A stretch of 64,000 nt of DNA from Erythrobacter sp. Lineage in GTDB: Bacteria; Pseudomonadota; Alphaproteobacteria; Sphingomonadales; Sphingomonadaceae. Shown piece after piece: positions 61,610-64,000 of the stretch (positions are counted from its first letter, which is position 1; the number at the start of each line of letters is the position of its first letter). The notes below the pieces were generated by a model that was given only the letters and a program-made list of their open reading frames with translations, searched no databases and was not told the origin of the DNA. The position numbers and the translations under genes are program-made. Location: assembly GCA_044348875.1 (NCBI GenBank), contig JBIKSA010000005.1:112-64111 (forward strand). The letters are read 5' to 3'.

Positions 61610-61769
61610 TTGCGGATATTGTCGCACTTTATAATAAATTTCTTTATTATAAATCAATTTCAGTAAATAAAAGTCCGCAAGGCAGCGCAGTTTTCACGTG
61701 TCTTCAATCGGATTTTACCCGGCGGCAGCTTCTTCCCAGCACCGCCGCAGCATACGCTGGCGCGCCCGC

Positions 61770-61994
61770 TTACCCCTTGTATTTACGCTCGGTGCTCGGC
61801 GGGTACTTCGCGTGGAGCGGTTTGGCGCGGGACGGGCGGTCCATCAACTCGCCGCCGCAGTTGGGGCAGCGGTCGTCCAGATCCTCTGCGCATTCCGCGC
61901 AGAAGGTGCATTCGAACGAGCAGATGAAGGCGCCCGGCGCTTCGGCGGGGAGGCCGACGCCGCAGGTTTCGCAATCGGGGCGCATTTCCAGCAT
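61770..61994 (-). CDS. DUF1272 Cys-rich protein
   Basis: MLEMRPDCETC, ICSFECTFCAEC, CPNCGGEL..RP. Confidence 0.9.
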   Translation of the reverse strand: MLEMRPDCETCGVGLPAEAPGAFICSFECTFCAECAEDLDDRCPNCGGELMDRPSRAKPLHAKYPPSTERKYKG

Positions 61995-62006
61995 CGGGGA
62001 AACCTC

Positions 62007-63344
62007 CTAAACTGCCGCGCGCACGGCTTCGCAGATGGCGTCGACCACATCTTCGACCTGCTTCTGATCATCGCCTTCGGCCATCACGCGGATCACCGGT
62101 TCGGTGCCAGAGGGGCGGATCACGAGGCGGCCCTTGCCCACCAGCGAAGCCTCGGCATCGGCGATCACGGCCTTCACCTGCGGATTGTCCAATGGCTTGC
62201 CGCCTTCATAGCGCACGTTCCTGAGCAATTGCGGCACCGGATCGAAAACGTGCAGCAGTTCGCTCGCCGGTTTGCCGGATCGCACCAGGCTGGCCAGCAC
62301 CCGCAGCGCTGCGACGGTGCCGTCACCGGTCGTTGCATGGTCGAGCAGGATCATGTGGCCCGATTGTTCGCCGCCGACATTATACCCGCCCGCCTTCATC
62401 GCTTCGAGCACATAGCGGTCCCCCACCTTGGCGCGCACCAGATCAAGCCCGCGGCCCGCCAGATAGCGTTCGAGGCCCAGGTTGCTCATCACCGTCGCCA
62501 CGATGCCGCCGCCCTTCAGCGATCCGCGTTCGTGCATCCGGCCTGCGATCAGCCCCATGATCTGGTCGCCATCGACCGCGCGGCCTTTTTCATCGACCAC
62601 GATCAGCCGATCGGCATCGCCGTCCAACGCAATGCCGATATCCGCGCCTTCCTCGACCACTTTGGCCTGAAGCGCGGCGATTGCGGTGGAACCGACGCCG
62701 TCATTGATGTTGGTGCCATTGGGGCTGACGCCGAGCGTGACGACCTCTGCTCCCAGCTCCCAGATGGCCGACGGCGCCACCTGATAGGCTGCGCCATTGG
62801 CGCAATCGACCACCACCTTAAGACCATCGAAGCGAATTTCGTTCGAAACCGATTGCTTCACCGCGTGGATATAGCGCCCGCGCGCATCCTCGATCCGGCG
62901 CGCACGGCCGATCTTTTCGGCGGACACCAGCGAAATCTCGGTTTCCATCAGCCGCTCGATCTCGATCTCGGCCTCGTCGGACAGTTTGAAGCCATCGGGG
63001 CCGAACAGTTTGATCCCGTTGTCGGCATAGGGATTGTGGCTGGCAGAAATCATCACGCCCAGATCAGCCCGCATTTCCCGCGTCAGCAGCGCGATGGCCG
63101 GGGTGGGCAGGGGACCGGTCATGATCACATCCATGCCGACACTGGTGAAACCCGCCACCAGCGCGCTTTCCATCATGTATCCCGACAAACGCGTGTCTTT
63201 TCCGATCACCACGCGGTGGCGGTGGTCGCCGCGCATGAAATGGCGTCCGGCGGCCTGCCCGACCTTCATCGCGGTGGCCGCGGTCATCGCACCTTCATTG
63301 GTGCGTCCCCTGATCCCGTCTGTTCCAAACAGCTTGCGTGTCAT
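62007..63344 (-). CDS. glmM: Phosphoglucosamine mutase
   Basis: [39 protein letters not shown]; true start 63344. Confidence 0.98.
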   Translation of the reverse strand: MTRKLFGTDGIRGRTNEGAMTAATAMKVGQAAGRHFMRGDHRHRVVIGKDTRLSGYMMESALVAGFTSVGMDVIMTGPLPTPAIALLTREMRADLGVMISASHNPYADNGIKLFGPDGFKLSDEAEIEIERLMETEISLVSAEKIGRARRIEDARGRYIHAVKQSVSNEIRFDGLKVVVDCANGAAYQVAPSAIWELGAEVVTLGVSPNGTNINDGVGSTAIAALQAKVVEEGADIGIALDGDADRLIVVDEKGRAVDGDQIMGLIAGRMHERGSLKGGGIVATVMSNLGLERYLAGRGLDLVRAKVGDRYVLEAMKAGGYNVGGEQSGHMILLDHATTGDGTVAALRVLASLVRSGKPASELLHVFDPVPQLLRNVRYEGGKPLDNPQVKAVIADAEASLVGKGRLVIRPSGTEPVIRVMAEGDDQKQVEDVVDAICEAVRAAV

Positions 63345-63442
63345 GAATTCCCCTGCTGTGCCCGTCGCACACAATTGTCTCCCGCTTCTGGCGCGGTTAT
63401 CGCGCAAAAGGAAGGGCAAGCCGCCCGCATAAGGACAGTCCA

Positions 63443-64000
63443 TTGCTGGAAAGTGAAAACACGAAGCCGGGTGCGGACGCCGCCGGTCAGGGGAAGTTCG
63501 GGCTGGTGTCGATCCGCCTGCCGGTGGCGCTGACTTTTGCCGCGCTGGTCGGCGGGTTGCTCGCCGGGATTGTTGGGGCGATGGCCGGCGCGCCGCAGGG
63601 GGTGAGCGATATTGCCGGGCTGTTCGGCGGGCTCTGGCTGCGGGCGCTGCAGATGACAATCATCCCGCTGGTGGCGGCGCTGCTGGTGCTGGGGCTGGTG
63701 CAGATGATCCTTGCCGCGCGGGTCGGCACGGTGGCGCGGCGGATGCTGGTGATTCTGGTCGCCGCGCAATTGGCCGGGGCCACCTTTGCCACCATCGCCA
63801 TGCCCGCGCTGCTGCGCGCGTTCCCGATACCCGCCGGGGCCGAGGCGTTTCTGGCGCAAACCCCGGCAAGCGTTGGCGAGGTGCCCAAGGTGCTCGATTT
63901 CCTCGCCTCGCTGGTGTCGCCCAATATTGTCGCCGCCGCTGCCGAAACCGCGATGCTGCCGCTGACGCTGTTCTTCGTGATGTTTGCTGTCGCCATCACC
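63443..64000 (+). CDS. Dicarboxylate/amino acid:cation symporter (DAACS), partial; runs off window
   Basis: Not in ORF track; TTG start after AAGGA; [40 protein letters not shown]. Confidence 0.85.
   Translation, partial: MLESENTKPGADAAGQGKFGLVSIRLPVALTFAALVGGLLAGIVGAMAGAPQGVSDIAGLFGGLWLRALQMTIIPLVAALLVLGLVQMILAARVGTVARRMLVILVAAQLAGATFATIAMPALLRAFPIPAGAEAFLAQTPASVGEVPKVLDFLASLVSPNIVAAAAETAMLPLTLFFVMFAVAIT

Noticed and set aside
61690-61705. Second parS-like sequence GTTTTCACGTGTCTTC
   Set aside because: Only the central TTTCACGTG matches; the right arm is lost

Overview
High-GC chromosomal window from an alphaproteobacterium; gene content and order point to Sphingomonadales, probably Erythrobacter/Porphyrobacter-like (inference). 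Mostly core genes: aat, tRNA-Trp, secE-nusG, rplK-rplA, a TonB receptor/beta-oxidation cluster, hppD, ggt, katG/ahpF/ahpC, aroC, ruvAB, acnA, two L,D-transpeptidases, an ispG operon, pheA, cytochrome c, rlmE, a Ppx/GppA protein, tRNA-Gln, thiD and glmM. No integrase, transposase, CRISPR array or rRNA was seen. Best leads: (1) a 58-codon C3H zinc-finger ORF between nusG and rplK that is absent from the ORF track and has no canonical start; (2) a tightly coupled seven-gene MoxR/DUF58/SpoIIM/RDD membrane operon ending in a class A beta-lactamase; (3) a candidate ~110-nt pseudoknotted RNA upstream of the TonB receptor; (4) a near-perfect parS site; (5) a Ser/Gly-rich PEP-CTERM-like surface protein; (6) small accessory islets carrying a pseudo-aspartyl-protease, a secreted two-Cys microprotein, rlmJ beside tRNA-Gln, and a DUF6894-like gene; (7) readable operators (two OxyR-type boxes, a LiuR-like site, an hppD palindrome). 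Family names come from motif recognition by eye, not database searches, and many starts are trimmed relative to the ORF track.
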